The notes: generated by a model not told the origin, from the sequence alone. DNA of 64,000 nt from a virus (IMGVR_UViG_3300044998_001035:14807-78806); one strand, 5' to 3'; positions 46,761 to 57,174 are shown, numbered from the stretch's first letter. Made by a program: numbers and translations.

Positions 46761-47338
46761 GCGAGGACGCGGATCGCGGCCCGCGCCGGGTGGACCACGC
46801 CAGGGTGGAGCGGCTGGCCAGGGAACTGCTGGAAGCGGTCGGGGAGGACCCGTCCCGCGAGGGGCTGCGGGACACCCCGCGGCGGTTCGCCGACTGGTGG
46901 CGGGAGTTCCTGGAGCACGACCCCGGCCGCGTCGCCACGTCGTTCGAGTCCGACGCGTCGGACCAACTCGTCGTGGTCTCCGGGATGCGCGCGTGGAGCC
47001 TGTGCGAGCACCACCTGCTGCCGTTCTGGTGCGACGTGGCCATCGGGTACATCCCGAGGGGCCGGCTGCTCGGCCTGTCCAAGCTGGCCCGCGTGGCGCA
47101 CAAGCACGCCCGCCGGCTCCAGGTCCAGGAGCGGCTGGCGGCCGGGGTCGCGGACGAGGTGTCGGCCCTGTCCGGCTCCCCCGACGTGGCCGTGCTGGCG
47201 CGCGGCGAGCACCTGTGCATGACGATGCGCGGGGCCAGGACCCCGGGCCTGATGACGACGAGCGTCGTCCGCGGCGCGTTCCGCGCGTCGGCCTCGGCCC
47301 GCCAGGAGTTCTTCAGCCTGGCCGCGCCCCGCGCGTGA
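46757..47338 (+). CDS. folE: GTP cyclohydrolase I
   Basis: GEDPSREGLRDTPRR, SLCEHHLLPF, GLSKLAR, LQVQERL, HLCMTMRG. Confidence 0.96.
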   Translation: MSEDADRGPRRVDHARVERLARELLEAVGEDPSREGLRDTPRRFADWWREFLEHDPGRVATSFESDASDQLVVVSGMRAWSLCEHHLLPFWCDVAIGYIPRGRLLGLSKLARVAHKHARRLQVQERLAAGVADEVSALSGSPDVAVLARGEHLCMTMRGARTPGLMTTSVVRGAFRASASARQEFFSLAAPRA

Positions 47339-47525
47339 CGCCCGGCCCCGCCCCCCCGCGCCGCCCGTCCGCCTCGATCTTCTCGGCGACGGCCCGGCGG
47401 ACGTAGTCGGCCGCCGACATCCCGGCCGCCGCCGCCGCGCGCCGGATCGCCTCCCGCTCGTCCTCCCTGAGCCGCAGGTTGAACAGCCTCGTCTGCGCCC
47501 CCGGGCCGGACCTCCGCTCGAACAT
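47313..47525 (-). CDS. Ribbon-helix-helix protein
   Basis: FNLRLREDEREAIRRAAAAAGMSAADYVRRAV. Confidence 0.75.
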   Translation of the reverse strand: MFERRSGPGAQTRLFNLRLREDEREAIRRAAAAAGMSAADYVRRAVAEKIEADGRRGGAGPGVTRGARPG

Positions 47526-47612
47526 CGACCACCCCCCCTTCTGTTCCTCGCGCCAGGGCCTCGGGCATGGAGGCGGGCCCCGCCGGGACGGCCGGCGAGG
47601 CCCGCGGGCGGC

Positions 47613-48032
47613 TCAGGCCGCCGGGTCGTACCCGATCGCCGCGAACGCCTCGGCGACCTTCGCCGCGGAGTCCGGGGTGAGCGGGTGCCGCACGTCGCCC
47701 AGCTCCTCCAGGGCGAACAGGACCTCGCGGACGGCCTCGGCACACCCCCGGGCCCTGGCGTACTCCAGCGCCTCGCGGTACGCCCCGGCGGCGGCCCCGC
47801 GGGAGGCCGCCTCCAGCGTCGCGTCCACGATCGACTTCAGCACGAACCCGGAGTCGGCCTCCGCCGCGACATCCAAGACCTTCGCCCGCGCCTTCGCCGC
47901 CTGGTCCAGGCTCCGCAGCAGCCCGTTCGCCAGCGCCCGCGCCGCCATGTTCCAGTAGGACGCCTCAAGCTGCTCGGGGGTCAGGGCCACGTGGGTCGCC
48001 TTCGCCGCCGCCTTGATCGCCTTGCTCGCCAT
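47613..48032 (-). CDS. Hypothetical protein
   Basis: GGAGG RBS; has its own promoter. Confidence 0.6.
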   Translation of the reverse strand: MASKAIKAAAKATHVALTPEQLEASYWNMAARALANGLLRSLDQAAKARAKVLDVAAEADSGFVLKSIVDATLEAASRGAAAGAYREALEYARARGCAEAVREVLFALEELGDVRHPLTPDSAAKVAEAFAAIGYDPAA

Positions 48033-48090
48033 CGTCCTGCCTCCGGTTCCGGTCGTCCTCGTTCGTGTGTCGTAGCTGTGTGCTACACTG

Positions 48091-48120
48091 GTAATATCCA
48101 CCGTGTAGCGCTGGTGTCAA
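48091..48120 (-). promoter_or_regulatory. Sigma70-like promoter (leftward)
   Basis: TTGACA, 17-18 nt, ATATTA/TATTAC; A-tract upstream. Confidence 0.6.
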
Positions 48121-48211
48121 TGCGGAATCCGGATCGAATCCGGATTTTTTTTCGGCCCCGGCCGTCGCGGCGTCTCGGCCGGGGCCCCGGGCCGGGCGTG
48201 CCGGGTGGGCG

Positions 48212-48736
48212 GTGAGCACGAGCGAAGAACGCGGCGGGGTGGGCGGCGATTCGGCCGCGCCCCGGTCCACAGATTCCACGCGGCGACGCGTGCGGCCCCA
48301 GCCGTACCGCGAGTGGCGGGCGAAGTTCCTGGGCGCCCTGGCGCAGACCGGGAACGTCCTGGCGGCCACGACGCGGGCGGGGATCGACCGCACGACGGCG
48401 TACAAGCGGCGATACCGCGACGGCAAGTTCGCCGCGGCGTGGGACCAGGCGCTGGAGGACGCGGCGGACCTGCTGGAGATCGAGGCCAGGCGCCGCGCCA
48501 CCAAGGGCGTCGCGCGGCCGGTCTTCCAGGGCGGCAAGCACGTCGGGGACGTGACCGAGTATTCGGATACGTTGCTGATGTTTCTGCTGCGCGGGGCGAA
48601 CCCGAAGAAGTACCGCGAGCCCCGGCCCGGCGCCGGCGACGCGCCGGCCGTGTCGACGCCCGACGAGGGCGGGGCGGTGCAGCTCATCGAGGTCGTGGTG
48701 CCGCCCCCGGCCGATCCGCCGGCGGACGGCGGCTGA
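48212..48736 (+). CDS. terS: Terminase small subunit
   Basis: FLGALAQTGNV...AGIDRTTAY, LEIEARRRA, YSDTLLMFLL. Confidence 0.85.
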   Translation: MSTSEERGGVGGDSAAPRSTDSTRRRVRPQPYREWRAKFLGALAQTGNVLAATTRAGIDRTTAYKRRYRDGKFAAAWDQALEDAADLLEIEARRRATKGVARPVFQGGKHVGDVTEYSDTLLMFLLRGANPKKYREPRPGAGDAPAVSTPDEGGAVQLIEVVVPPPADPPADGG

Positions 48737-48748
48737 CGCGGGGCGCCG

Positions 48749-50185
48749 GTGGCGACGAATCTCTACAAGGTCGATCGGGACGAGGCGGGGCGCGGGCGGC
48801 GGCTGCGGTTCGCCCCGCACCACGGGCAGTACGCGGCGTGGGCGAGCCGGGCCCGGTTCGTGGGCGTGCTCTCCGGGACGCAGGGCGGGAAGACCAGCTT
48901 CGGCCCGCTCTGGCTCCACCGGGAGGTCTACGGCGGCCCCGGACTGCCGGGGCGCGGGCCGGGGGACTACCTCGGCGTGACGGCCACGTACGACCTGTTC
49001 AAGCTCAAGATGCTGCCGGCGCTCCTGGAGCTGTTCGTCGGCCACCTGGGGCTCGGCCGGTACTGGGCGGGGGACCGAATCCTCGAGCTGAGGCCGGACC
49101 GCGACACGCCGTTCCGGGCGCAGCGGTCCTCGGACCCGATGTGGGCCCGCGTGATCCTGAGGTCGGCCGAGGCGGGCTCGGGCCTGGAGTCGTCCACGGC
49201 CAAGGGGGCCTGGCTCGACGAGGCGGGCCAGGACGCGTTCACCGGCGAGACGTGGCGGGCCGTCCTGTCCCGGCTCTCGCTCAACCTGGGGCGCGTGCTG
49301 GTCACGACCACGCTCTACAACTTCGGCTGGCTCAAGACGGAGTTCCACGACCGCTGGAAGGCCGGCGACCCGGACTACGAGGTCGTCCACTTCGACTCGA
49401 AGGACAACCCGGCGTTCCCGGCCGAGGAGTGGGATCGGGCCCGGCGGTCGATGCCCCCCTGGCGGTTCGACCTGCGATACCGGGGCCGCTACAGCCGGCC
49501 GGCGGGCCTGATCTACGACTCGTACCACGACGAGCCGGCCCCGGCCGGGCACCTCGTCCCGCGCTTCGACGTCCCCTGGACGTGGCCGCGGTACGTCGGG
49601 GTCGACTTCGGGGGCAGCAACACGGCGGCCGTCTACCTCGCGATGGAGCCGGTGACGGGGCTGTACTACGCCTACCGGGTCTACTTCGAGGGGGACCGGA
49701 CGACGGCGGAGCACACAGAGGGCATGGCGGCGGGCGAGCCGCCGGTGGCGCGGGCCGTGGGCGGCTCCCCCTCCGAGACTCAGTGGCGCCGCGAGTTCGG
49801 CGACGCCGGGTTCCCGATCGCCGCGCCCGACGTGGCCGAGGTCGAGGTCGGGATCTCCCGCGCCTACGCCGCGTTCAAGGGGCGCCGCGTGCTCGTGTTC
49901 GACGACCTGACCGGGCTGCGCAAGGAGCTGCGCGACTACTCAAGAAAGCTCGGCAAGGACGGGGAGCCGACGGAGCAGATCGAGGCGAAGTCGCGCTACC
50001 ACCGGCTCGATGCCCTGCGCTACGTGCTGGGGCACCTGATGGGCCCGGTGGCGGGCGAGGAGGGGCTGCGGGCGTCGGCGAACCCGCTGGCCGGGTATCG
50101 CGGGACGCGCATGCCCGCCGCCCCGGACGGGCGGCGGGGCGGGCCGGCGGGGCGCCGTGGGGGGTTCGTGCGTGCCGAATACTAG
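48749..50185 (+). CDS. terL: Terminase large subunit
   Basis: GTQGGKT, WLDEAG, VTTT, GVDFG, HRLDALRY. Confidence 0.9.
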   Translation: MATNLYKVDRDEAGRGRRLRFAPHHGQYAAWASRARFVGVLSGTQGGKTSFGPLWLHREVYGGPGLPGRGPGDYLGVTATYDLFKLKMLPALLELFVGHLGLGRYWAGDRILELRPDRDTPFRAQRSSDPMWARVILRSAEAGSGLESSTAKGAWLDEAGQDAFTGETWRAVLSRLSLNLGRVLVTTTLYNFGWLKTEFHDRWKAGDPDYEVVHFDSKDNPAFPAEEWDRARRSMPPWRFDLRYRGRYSRPAGLIYDSYHDEPAPAGHLVPRFDVPWTWPRYVGVDFGGSNTAAVYLAMEPVTGLYYAYRVYFEGDRTTAEHTEGMAAGEPPVARAVGGSPSETQWRREFGDAGFPIAAPDVAEVEVGISRAYAAFKGRRVLVFDDLTGLRKELRDYSRKLGKDGEPTEQIEAKSRYHRLDALRYVLGHLMGPVAGEEGLRASANPLAGYRGTRMPAAPDGRRGGPAGRRGGFVRAEY

Positions 50186-51785
50186 CCGAGTGCCCGTGCC
50201 CGCGCTGATGCTGGGCGCCGCGGGTATGCTCGACGGCGCCCTGATGACCGACCCGCCGGTGGACGGGGGCGAGGCGTGGGGCCGCTACGCCGCGCGGACG
50301 CTGCGATACCGCGTCGCCTGGGGGCTGTACGAGCAGAACATCTACGCCCGGCTCCACGGGCTGGCCGACTCGCTCAAGGACCGCTTCGACCTGGCGGACT
50401 CGATCCGGTCCGTCTACGCGCCCGGCTACCGCATCGGCGAGTTCTGGGCCGAGCACCTGTACGCGTCGCCGCCGGACCCGGCGGCCGGGGACGGGGAGAA
50501 CGTCCCCAGCGGCGTCCCGGTCGCCGGCGCCTCGGACCGGGTGCGCGCCTCGCTGGCCGTGCTCTGGCGGGACAGCGCGGTCGCCCGGCTGGTCGAGCAG
50601 TACGGGCGGCTCGGGGCCGTGCTGGGGGACGTCTTCCTGAAGGTGGCGGACGACCCCTGGCGGGGCCGCGTCCAGCTCCAGTGCATCCACCCCGCGACGG
50701 TCCGGGAGTTCGAGGCGGACGCGGTCGGCAACTGCCGCGGCTACGTGATCGAGCGCCCCGAGCCCGACCCGGACCCGCCCGGCGGCGTCGCCGCGGCCGA
50801 CGCGCCGCTGGTGACGTACCGCGAGGAGGCGTGGCGGCAGGGCGACAGCGTCGTCTTCGCGACCTACCTCGACGGCGAGCCCTACGACTGGCGGGAGTAC
50901 GCGACCGGCCAGCCCCGCGTCGGCCCGCAGTGGTCCATGGCCTACGGGTTCGTGCCGCTGGTGCGGGTCGCCCACCGCTCGCACGCGGCGGGCTGGGGGG
51001 CCGGCGAGTACCACTTCTCGGCGCCGAAGCTGATGGAGTGCGACGGCCTGGCCTCGCGGGTCTGCGACCAGCTCTACAAGATCGCCCGCGCCCCGGTCTA
51101 CTTCGAGGGGATGCGGGTCAAGGACGTGGACATCGCGTCCTCGGGCGAGGGCGAGCACGCGTTCCCCATCCTGGGGGGCGAGGGGAAGCCCCACATGCTG
51201 GTGGCGCCGATGAGCGTCGCGGACGCCGTCGCGCTGATGCGCGAGTTGTTGGCGCGGCTGGAGCGCGACCACCCCGAGCTGATGGCGGACGACGTGGGGG
51301 CGGGCGCGTCGGGCGAGGCGCGGCGGGAGGCGCGGCGCAAGGCGGAGGCGTCGGTCGTCCGCCGCCGGGTCGGCTACGACGAGGGGCTGGCGCGGGCGCA
51401 GATGATGGCCCTGAGCATGGGCGGCCTCGGGGGGTACGAGGGGTACGAGTGGGTCCGTCCCGAGTCGTACCGGCTCGGGGAGCTGTCGCACGCGATCGGG
51501 CCGCGCCCGGTCTTCGCGCAGGACGAGCGCGAGCGGCTCCAGGACGAGGAGCAGCGGGGCAAGGCGCTGTCGGCCCTGACCGCCGGGGGCGTGCCGCTGC
51601 GGGTCGCGATGCGCCGGGCCGGGTTCACCGCGGCGGAGGTCGAGGAGGCCGTCCGGGAGCGCGACGCGGAGGCCGAGGCGGCGGTGGCCCGCGCCGCCCG
51701 GCTCGGGCTCGACGAGGCCCCGCCGCCCGACGCCGCCGACGGCCCCGAGGCCGACGGCATGGCCGGGGCCGGGGGCGTGGCGTGA
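50172..51785 (+). CDS. Portal protein
   Basis: Follows terL; about 540 aa; GAVLGDVFLKV, YGFVPLV; start uncertain. Confidence 0.75.
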   Translation: MPNTSRVPVPALMLGAAGMLDGALMTDPPVDGGEAWGRYAARTLRYRVAWGLYEQNIYARLHGLADSLKDRFDLADSIRSVYAPGYRIGEFWAEHLYASPPDPAAGDGENVPSGVPVAGASDRVRASLAVLWRDSAVARLVEQYGRLGAVLGDVFLKVADDPWRGRVQLQCIHPATVREFEADAVGNCRGYVIERPEPDPDPPGGVAAADAPLVTYREEAWRQGDSVVFATYLDGEPYDWREYATGQPRVGPQWSMAYGFVPLVRVAHRSHAAGWGAGEYHFSAPKLMECDGLASRVCDQLYKIARAPVYFEGMRVKDVDIASSGEGEHAFPILGGEGKPHMLVAPMSVADAVALMRELLARLERDHPELMADDVGAGASGEARREARRKAEASVVRRRVGYDEGLARAQMMALSMGGLGGYEGYEWVRPESYRLGELSHAIGPRPVFAQDERERLQDEEQRGKALSALTAGGVPLRVAMRRAGFTAAEVEEAVRERDAEAEAAVARAARLGLDEAPPPDAADGPEADGMAGAGGVA

Positions 51786-52435
51786 GCGTCGGCGCTCCCG
51801 GCCGGGCCGCCGGGGCGCGGCCTGGCGAGGACGCGGCGGCGTGGGAGGCGGCGGGCCTGGTTCTGCTGGCGGCGCTGGGGCTGTCGCGCGTCGCCCGGCC
51901 GTCGTCGCGGCCGGGGGAGCGCCGGGCCGCGGCGCGCGCCCTGGCGGCGTCGGGGCGGCGCAGGCTCTCGGCGCTGGGGGCGGCGCTGGTCGCGGGGGAC
52001 GTGGCGCTCGACGCCTGGCGGCGCGCCATGCTGGCCGACGTCCGCGCCCGGTCCGCCGCGGCCTCGCTGGCGATCGCCGGCGCGCCCCGGCTCGGGCCGG
52101 CGGGGCGCCGGGAGCTGGCGGGGCTGGTCGGCCGCCAGGCGTGGTTCCTGGGGCGGTTCCGGGCGCAGGTGGCGGCCGGGTCCGTGCCGATGGACGGGCG
52201 GGTCGCGGCTCGGGCCGGGATGTACGCCGACGCGACATGGTCCGTGGCGATGGGCGTCGACCTGGCCGAGAGGAAGGCCGCCGGATACCGCGAGGCGATG
52301 CGCGTGCTCGGGGCCGCCCGGCACTGCGACCCGTGCGTGGCCCTGGCGGGCTACTGGACGCCCGTCTGGCAGGTCGCCCCGATCGGCGACACGCCCTGCG
52401 GGGCGCGCTGCCATTGCTACATCGAATATCGATAG
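51782..52435 (+). CDS. Head morphogenesis/minor capsid protein
   Basis: After portal; RAGMYA, HCDPC...CGARCHC. Confidence 0.65.
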   Translation: MSVGAPGRAAGARPGEDAAAWEAAGLVLLAALGLSRVARPSSRPGERRAAARALAASGRRRLSALGAALVAGDVALDAWRRAMLADVRARSAAASLAIAGAPRLGPAGRRELAGLVGRQAWFLGRFRAQVAAGSVPMDGRVAARAGMYADATWSVAMGVDLAERKAAGYREAMRVLGAARHCDPCVALAGYWTPVWQVAPIGDTPCGARCHCYIEYR

Positions 52436-52463
52436 GTTTATCTCAAACCGAGGAGGGGCCCGC

Positions 52464-52934
52464 TTGGACGCGTCCGAGGTCCGGAAGCTCGTCGAGGAGC
52501 ACGCGCCGAGGCTGCGGGACGCGCTGGGGATCTCGCACTGGACGATCGCGTTCCGCTACGGCCCGCTGGGGGGCGACGGCGACTTCAGGACGCCCGGGCG
52601 CTGCGAGGCGTACGACGAGTACCTGAGGGCGTGCATCCGGCTCGACCCCGAGGCGTTCGACTCGCCGGAGGAGGTGCTGGCGACGCTCCGCCACGAGCTG
52701 TTCCACGTCGTCCTGGCCCCGATGGATCTGGCGATCATCGCGGCCTCCAGGCACTTCCCGGACGAGCGGGCGTCGGACGCGATCCGGGACGTCTGGCGGC
52801 ATCAGGTCGAGGCGACCGTGCTGGCGCTCGAACGCATGTACGTCGGCCTGTGCGAGGCGAACGTGTCCCGCCGCGAGGCGGCCCCGGGCCGGGGGAAGCC
52901 CGCCGCGAAGGCCCGGCGGGCGCCGAAGACCTGA
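52464..52934 (+). CDS. HEXXH hypothetical protein
   Basis: LRHELFHV. Confidence 0.6.
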   Translation: MDASEVRKLVEEHAPRLRDALGISHWTIAFRYGPLGGDGDFRTPGRCEAYDEYLRACIRLDPEAFDSPEEVLATLRHELFHVVLAPMDLAIIAASRHFPDERASDAIRDVWRHQVEATVLALERMYVGLCEANVSRREAAPGRGKPAAKARRAPKT

Positions 52935-52952
52935 GGCGGGGGGGGCGGGCCG

Positions 52953-53234
52953 ATGGCCGAGATGCGTAGCGAGCGGGAGGGCGACCCGTCGGTCCACCAC
53001 GTCTACCCGACCGCGGGGCGTGGGCACGTCACCGACGGCCCCGGCTGCTGGTGCGGGCCGGACCTGTATCGGGTCTGCACGCAATGCGACGGCGACGACG
53101 CCGGCTGCTGGGCCTGCGACGAGGGCCTGGCCCGGGTCGACGCGGCACGACCCGGGGACCGGCTTCTGGTGGTCCACCACAGGATCGAGGACGACGAGCC
53201 GATCGAGACCGTCGGCGACGTCGGGCTCGAATAG
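52953..53234 (+). CDS. Cys/His-rich small protein
   Basis: CWC, CTQC, CWAC, VVHH. Confidence 0.55.
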   Translation: MAEMRSEREGDPSVHHVYPTAGRGHVTDGPGCWCGPDLYRVCTQCDGDDAGCWACDEGLARVDAARPGDRLLVVHHRIEDDEPIETVGDVGLE

Positions 53235-53408
53235 CACGGCCCGCGGGCGGGGCCGTTGGCGACGCGACGGGGGCCGCGCCCTCCCCGCGACGGGGAGGTG
53301 CCGCGGCCCCTTGCATTCCGGGGGGCGTGCGGGCCCGCGATGGGGCCGCGCGCCCCGTGACGACCCTGGGCGATGGCGGGCCCGCGATGGGCCCCGACGG
53401 AGGGCGAG

Positions 53409-54146
53409 ATGCCCGAGAACGAGGGCGAGCAGGACAGGGACAGGGACCACGAGCAGGACGGGGGCGACGAGCCCCGAGGGGGCGACGGAGACGGCGGGGG
53501 GCCGCGCGAGGAGCCGGCCCCGAGGCCGACGCCCCGCAAGCCCCCGGCGAGGCCGGCCCCGAGGGCGGTCCCGGCGACGGAGCGGCCGATCCCGGAGGAC
53601 CCGGACGAGGTGCGGGCGGAATTGCTCCGCGCCCGGCAGGCGCTGGCCAGCCGCAACAAGGAGAACCAGGCGTTCCGCGCGCGGCTGGATGAGCTGGAGG
53701 AGGCCGAGCGGCAGCGCCGCGAGGCCAGCATGAGCGACCAGGACCGGGCGCGGCAGGCGTCGGCGCGGAAGGACGCGGAGATCGCGACCCTGCGCGCCGA
53801 GAAGGACGAGCTGCTGGCGCGGCTGCACCGGACGCTGATCGACCACGAGGTCTCCAGGGAGGGGGCGAGGCTGTTCGAGGACCCGGGGCTGGCGGTGGAC
53901 CTGGTCGACCGCGCGGCGCTTGAGGTGGACGAGGAGACGGGCCGGGTCCGGGGCGTCAAGGAGGCCCTGGAGCGCGTCCTGAAGCGATACCCGAAGCTGG
54001 CGAAGGAGCCGCCGGCGAAGGGGGGCGTGATGCCCGAGCGCGCGTCGCGCCAGCCCGGCGGCGGCGCCAGGAAGGACCGGGACCGGGGCGAGGAGCCGGT
54101 GCCCGTGTCCCACGAGATATCCCGGCACATCGGGGGCTACGACTGA
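53409..54146 (+). CDS. Capsid scaffolding protein
   Basis: Acidic, coiled coil, just before the head genes. Confidence 0.7.
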   Translation: MPENEGEQDRDRDHEQDGGDEPRGGDGDGGGPREEPAPRPTPRKPPARPAPRAVPATERPIPEDPDEVRAELLRARQALASRNKENQAFRARLDELEEAERQRREASMSDQDRARQASARKDAEIATLRAEKDELLARLHRTLIDHEVSREGARLFEDPGLAVDLVDRAALEVDEETGRVRGVKEALERVLKRYPKLAKEPPAKGGVMPERASRQPGGGARKDRDRGEEPVPVSHEISRHIGGYD

Positions 54147-54232
54147 CCGCGGCGAGCGGGCGCGCGCCCGCCCCCCGGTGCCGTTGACGCGGGAGATCGA
54201 AGGGCCCGCCCCACGGGGCGGGGAGGCAGAAG

Positions 54233-54676
54233 ATGGCAGAGATCACCAAGGGCGACACGCCTTCCTTGACCACGCCGCTGCCCTCGGACACGGACCGGCT
54301 CCCGCCGCTCTACGCGGGGGAGGCGATCGCGGCCGGGGACGCCTGCCGGGTCCACAGCGACAACAAGGTCTACAGGACCGACGGGACGGGGACGGGCACC
54401 TTCGCCACGACCGCCCAGGTCGCCGGCTTCGCGCTGAAGGCGACGGCGATCGGCGAGAAGGTCAGCCTGTATTCGCACTGCGACATCGCGTACGCCGCCG
54501 GCCTGACGCCGGGGACGTTCGTGTACCCGAGCGGCACGGTCAAGGGGGGGCTGGCGACGGCCCCGGGTTCGGTGCAGCCGCAGCCGTGCGGCTACGTGCT
54601 CCCGGCCGACGCGCCGGACACCCGCCAGCGGATCAGGGTCTTCCCGACCTTCGCGGCGGCGTTCCCGTCCTCCTGA
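54233..54676 (+). CDS. Capsid decoration/cement protein
   Basis: AGEAIAAGD, beta-rich, precedes the major capsid gene. Confidence 0.6.
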   Translation: MAEITKGDTPSLTTPLPSDTDRLPPLYAGEAIAAGDACRVHSDNKVYRTDGTGTGTFATTAQVAGFALKATAIGEKVSLYSHCDIAYAAGLTPGTFVYPSGTVKGGLATAPGSVQPQPCGYVLPADAPDTRQRIRVFPTFAAAFPSS

Positions 54677-54825
54677 CCGGCGGCGGCGCCTGAGGCGGCG
54701 CCGCGGCCGGCGAGTTCGAATCCGAATCCTTCGATCGAAGACGCGATCCCGCGCGGCGGCGCGGGCGGGGGCGGCCTGCGCGCCCCGCGCCCGCGCCGCC
54801 GCGCCATTTCCGGGGGGCGGGGGCC

Positions 54826-55893
54826 ATGCCGAGCGGGACTCTGGGCACGATCGACCTGCTGAAGTCGAACTTCCAGTCGGTCGAGTCGTACGGCGAGGAC
54901 AACCTGTACGACAACCTGCGGGGGTACTACGAGTACCACAACCAGCAGATGCAGTGGTTCATGGAGGAGCTGTACGACCGCACGACCGAGAAGGAGATGA
55001 TCTTCGGTACGTCCGATGATATGGGGATGGATGAATACGACGAGTACGGCCGCCCGCACGCGCAGAAGATCGCGTACGGCGTCCGCGTCGGCTTCCCGCT
55101 CCGGATGTGGGGGCGGACCCTCCAGTGGACGAGGAACTACTTCCGCGAGGTCCCGGTCGCCGAGTTCACGGCCCAGTACCTGGGCGTGCTCAAGGCCGAC
55201 CGCCAGCGCGTCGTCAACGAGGCGATGCGGGCGATCTTCACGCCCACGAACTACGACTGGCAGGACGTAAACGTGGCGATGCGGAGCGTGATCCCGATCC
55301 CCGTCAAGGCGCTGGTGAACGCCGACTCCGCGCGAATCCCGGCGGCCCCGAACGGGACCACGTTCGACGGCTCCACGCACACGCACTACCTCGCGACGGC
55401 CAGCCTGGCCGCCTCGGATGTGTCGGCGCTGATCGACACCGTGGCGGAGCACTACACCGCCGGGGCGCTGGAGCTGGCGATCAACCGAGCCCAGCTCGCG
55501 ACGCTCAAGACGTTCACGGCGAACTTCCTGCCCTACGCCTTCAGCGGCGTGACGCAGTCCGTGAACGCGAACCGCACCCTGGGGGGGCAGCAGACGACGC
55601 TGAACAACCAGGACCAGGAGGTCGGGATCTGGGACGACGTCCCGGTCTGGGTCCGCAAGTGGGTGCCGGCGAACTACATGGTCGCCTACGTCCGGGGGGC
55701 GGCGAACAAGGTCCTGATGATGCGGACCAGGACCAACGGTTCCGGCGAGCTGGAGATCCTGGCCGAGGACGAGCGGTTCCCGCTGCGGGCCCGCTCGTAC
55801 GGCCGGGAGTTCGGGTTCGGGGTCAGGGAGCGGACCGGGGCCGCCGTGCTCCGGACCAACAACGGGTCCTACGCGGCCCCGACGATCGCCTGA
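54826..55893 (+). CDS. Major capsid protein
   Basis: 355 aa, expected position, strongly biased codon usage, C-terminal REFGFGV..R.GAAV. Confidence 0.75.
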   Translation: MPSGTLGTIDLLKSNFQSVESYGEDNLYDNLRGYYEYHNQQMQWFMEELYDRTTEKEMIFGTSDDMGMDEYDEYGRPHAQKIAYGVRVGFPLRMWGRTLQWTRNYFREVPVAEFTAQYLGVLKADRQRVVNEAMRAIFTPTNYDWQDVNVAMRSVIPIPVKALVNADSARIPAAPNGTTFDGSTHTHYLATASLAASDVSALIDTVAEHYTAGALELAINRAQLATLKTFTANFLPYAFSGVTQSVNANRTLGGQQTTLNNQDQEVGIWDDVPVWVRKWVPANYMVAYVRGAANKVLMMRTRTNGSGELEILAEDERFPLRARSYGREFGFGVRERTGAAVLRTNNGSYAAPTIA

Positions 55894-56019
55894 CGCGGCC
55901 GGCCGCCGCCTGGCCGCGCGGGCGGCCCGGCGGCGCCGCGGCTCGGCTCGGATCGACTCGGATCGGAGCGGATCGGCCGGTCCGACACGCCCGAGAGGAC
56001 GACTGAGGGGGGGGACACG

Positions 56020-56499
56020 ATGAGCGGAGCGAGCGAATCGAAGGCGGACGAGGCGCGGCAGGAGGGGGAGGCGCGCGGCGTCCAGGTACGCGGGCCGCAG
56101 GCCGCGGCGCAGGCGCGCGGCGCCGCCAGGCCGTCGGCCACCGCGGCGCGCGGCCAGGAGCCGGCCGTCAGCCCCGAGGTCCGGGCGATGGCGCAGGCGT
56201 TCGCGCTGGCGCAGAAGGAGGTGCTGCGCCCGGCCCCGGCGTCCAGGACGGAGGGGATCGACACGGCGCCCGTCCCCGGCGGGGTGTACCTCGTGAACGG
56301 GGAGTACGTGGACTGCGACGGGACGCCGGTCCCCGAGGCCCGCTGGCCCGAGGACTACGAGACGGACCCGATGTGGCGCAAGTTCCACCCCCACGGCAAG
56401 GGCGGGCCGCCCGATTACGGGCCCGGGGTGGACCAGTTCGGCCGCCCCCTTGGCGCCGAGGACAGCCCGACGCGGCGCGGCCGGGCCGGGGAGGGTTGA
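56020..56499 (+). CDS. Hypothetical head-associated protein
   Basis: Follows the major capsid gene. Confidence 0.55.
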   Translation: MSGASESKADEARQEGEARGVQVRGPQAAAQARGAARPSATAARGQEPAVSPEVRAMAQAFALAQKEVLRPAPASRTEGIDTAPVPGGVYLVNGEYVDCDGTPVPEARWPEDYETDPMWRKFHPHGKGGPPDYGPGVDQFGRPLGAEDSPTRRGRAGEG

Positions 56500-56502
56500 G
56501 CC

Positions 56503-57000
56503 GTGGCCGTCACGCTCGCGGCGGCGGAGGCGGCGCTGTCGGCGTCGGCCGCCGTGTACATGGGCCCGCTGCGGGCGCTGGCGGCCAGGGCCGGGATGCC
56601 CGAGGGCGCCACGGACGACGCCGCGCTCCTGCCGCCGGCCGTCGCCGCCGGCCTGTTCGCGGCCGGCGTGGTGCCGGCGGACCCGGCCGCTCCCGGGGAC
56701 GGGGACCTGGCCCGCCTCGACCCGGCGGACTGGCCGCGGTTCCTGGCGTTCGCCGAGATCCGCCTGCTTGAGTCCGGGGCCGCCGTCCTGGCGGTCCTAC
56801 CGCGGTCGGTGGACTACGCGTCCGGCACGTTCCGCTACGCGATGGACCCGGACGCGCTGCTGGAGCTGCTGAGGATGCGCCGCAAGGCGCTGGAGGCGAA
56901 GTTCCCGGACGCCTGCGGCGCGGAGCTGCCGCTGACGTCGGGGTGGCTGACCGTCCGGGAGCCGCGGCGGCTCCGGGGCGTCGGGGGCGAGGAATACTGA
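56503..57000 (+). CDS. Putative head-tail adaptor
   Basis: Position and size; helical. Confidence 0.45.
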   Translation: MAVTLAAAEAALSASAAVYMGPLRALAARAGMPEGATDDAALLPPAVAAGLFAAGVVPADPAAPGDGDLARLDPADWPRFLAFAEIRLLESGAAVLAVLPRSVDYASGTFRYAMDPDALLELLRMRRKALEAKFPDACGAELPLTSGWLTVREPRRLRGVGGEEY

Positions 57001-57174
57001 GCCGCGGCGGGCGGGGCGCCGCGATCGGGGGTGCGCGATGGGTGCGACGATCGGCGACCTGTTCCGCCCGTACCTGAGGGCGGCCGACGAGCGCGAGCGG
57101 AGGCACGCGGAATTGCTCCGCGCGGACGCGGCGTGCCGCGAGGCGCTGGAGAGTGAGGAGCGGAGCGGGGGCGA

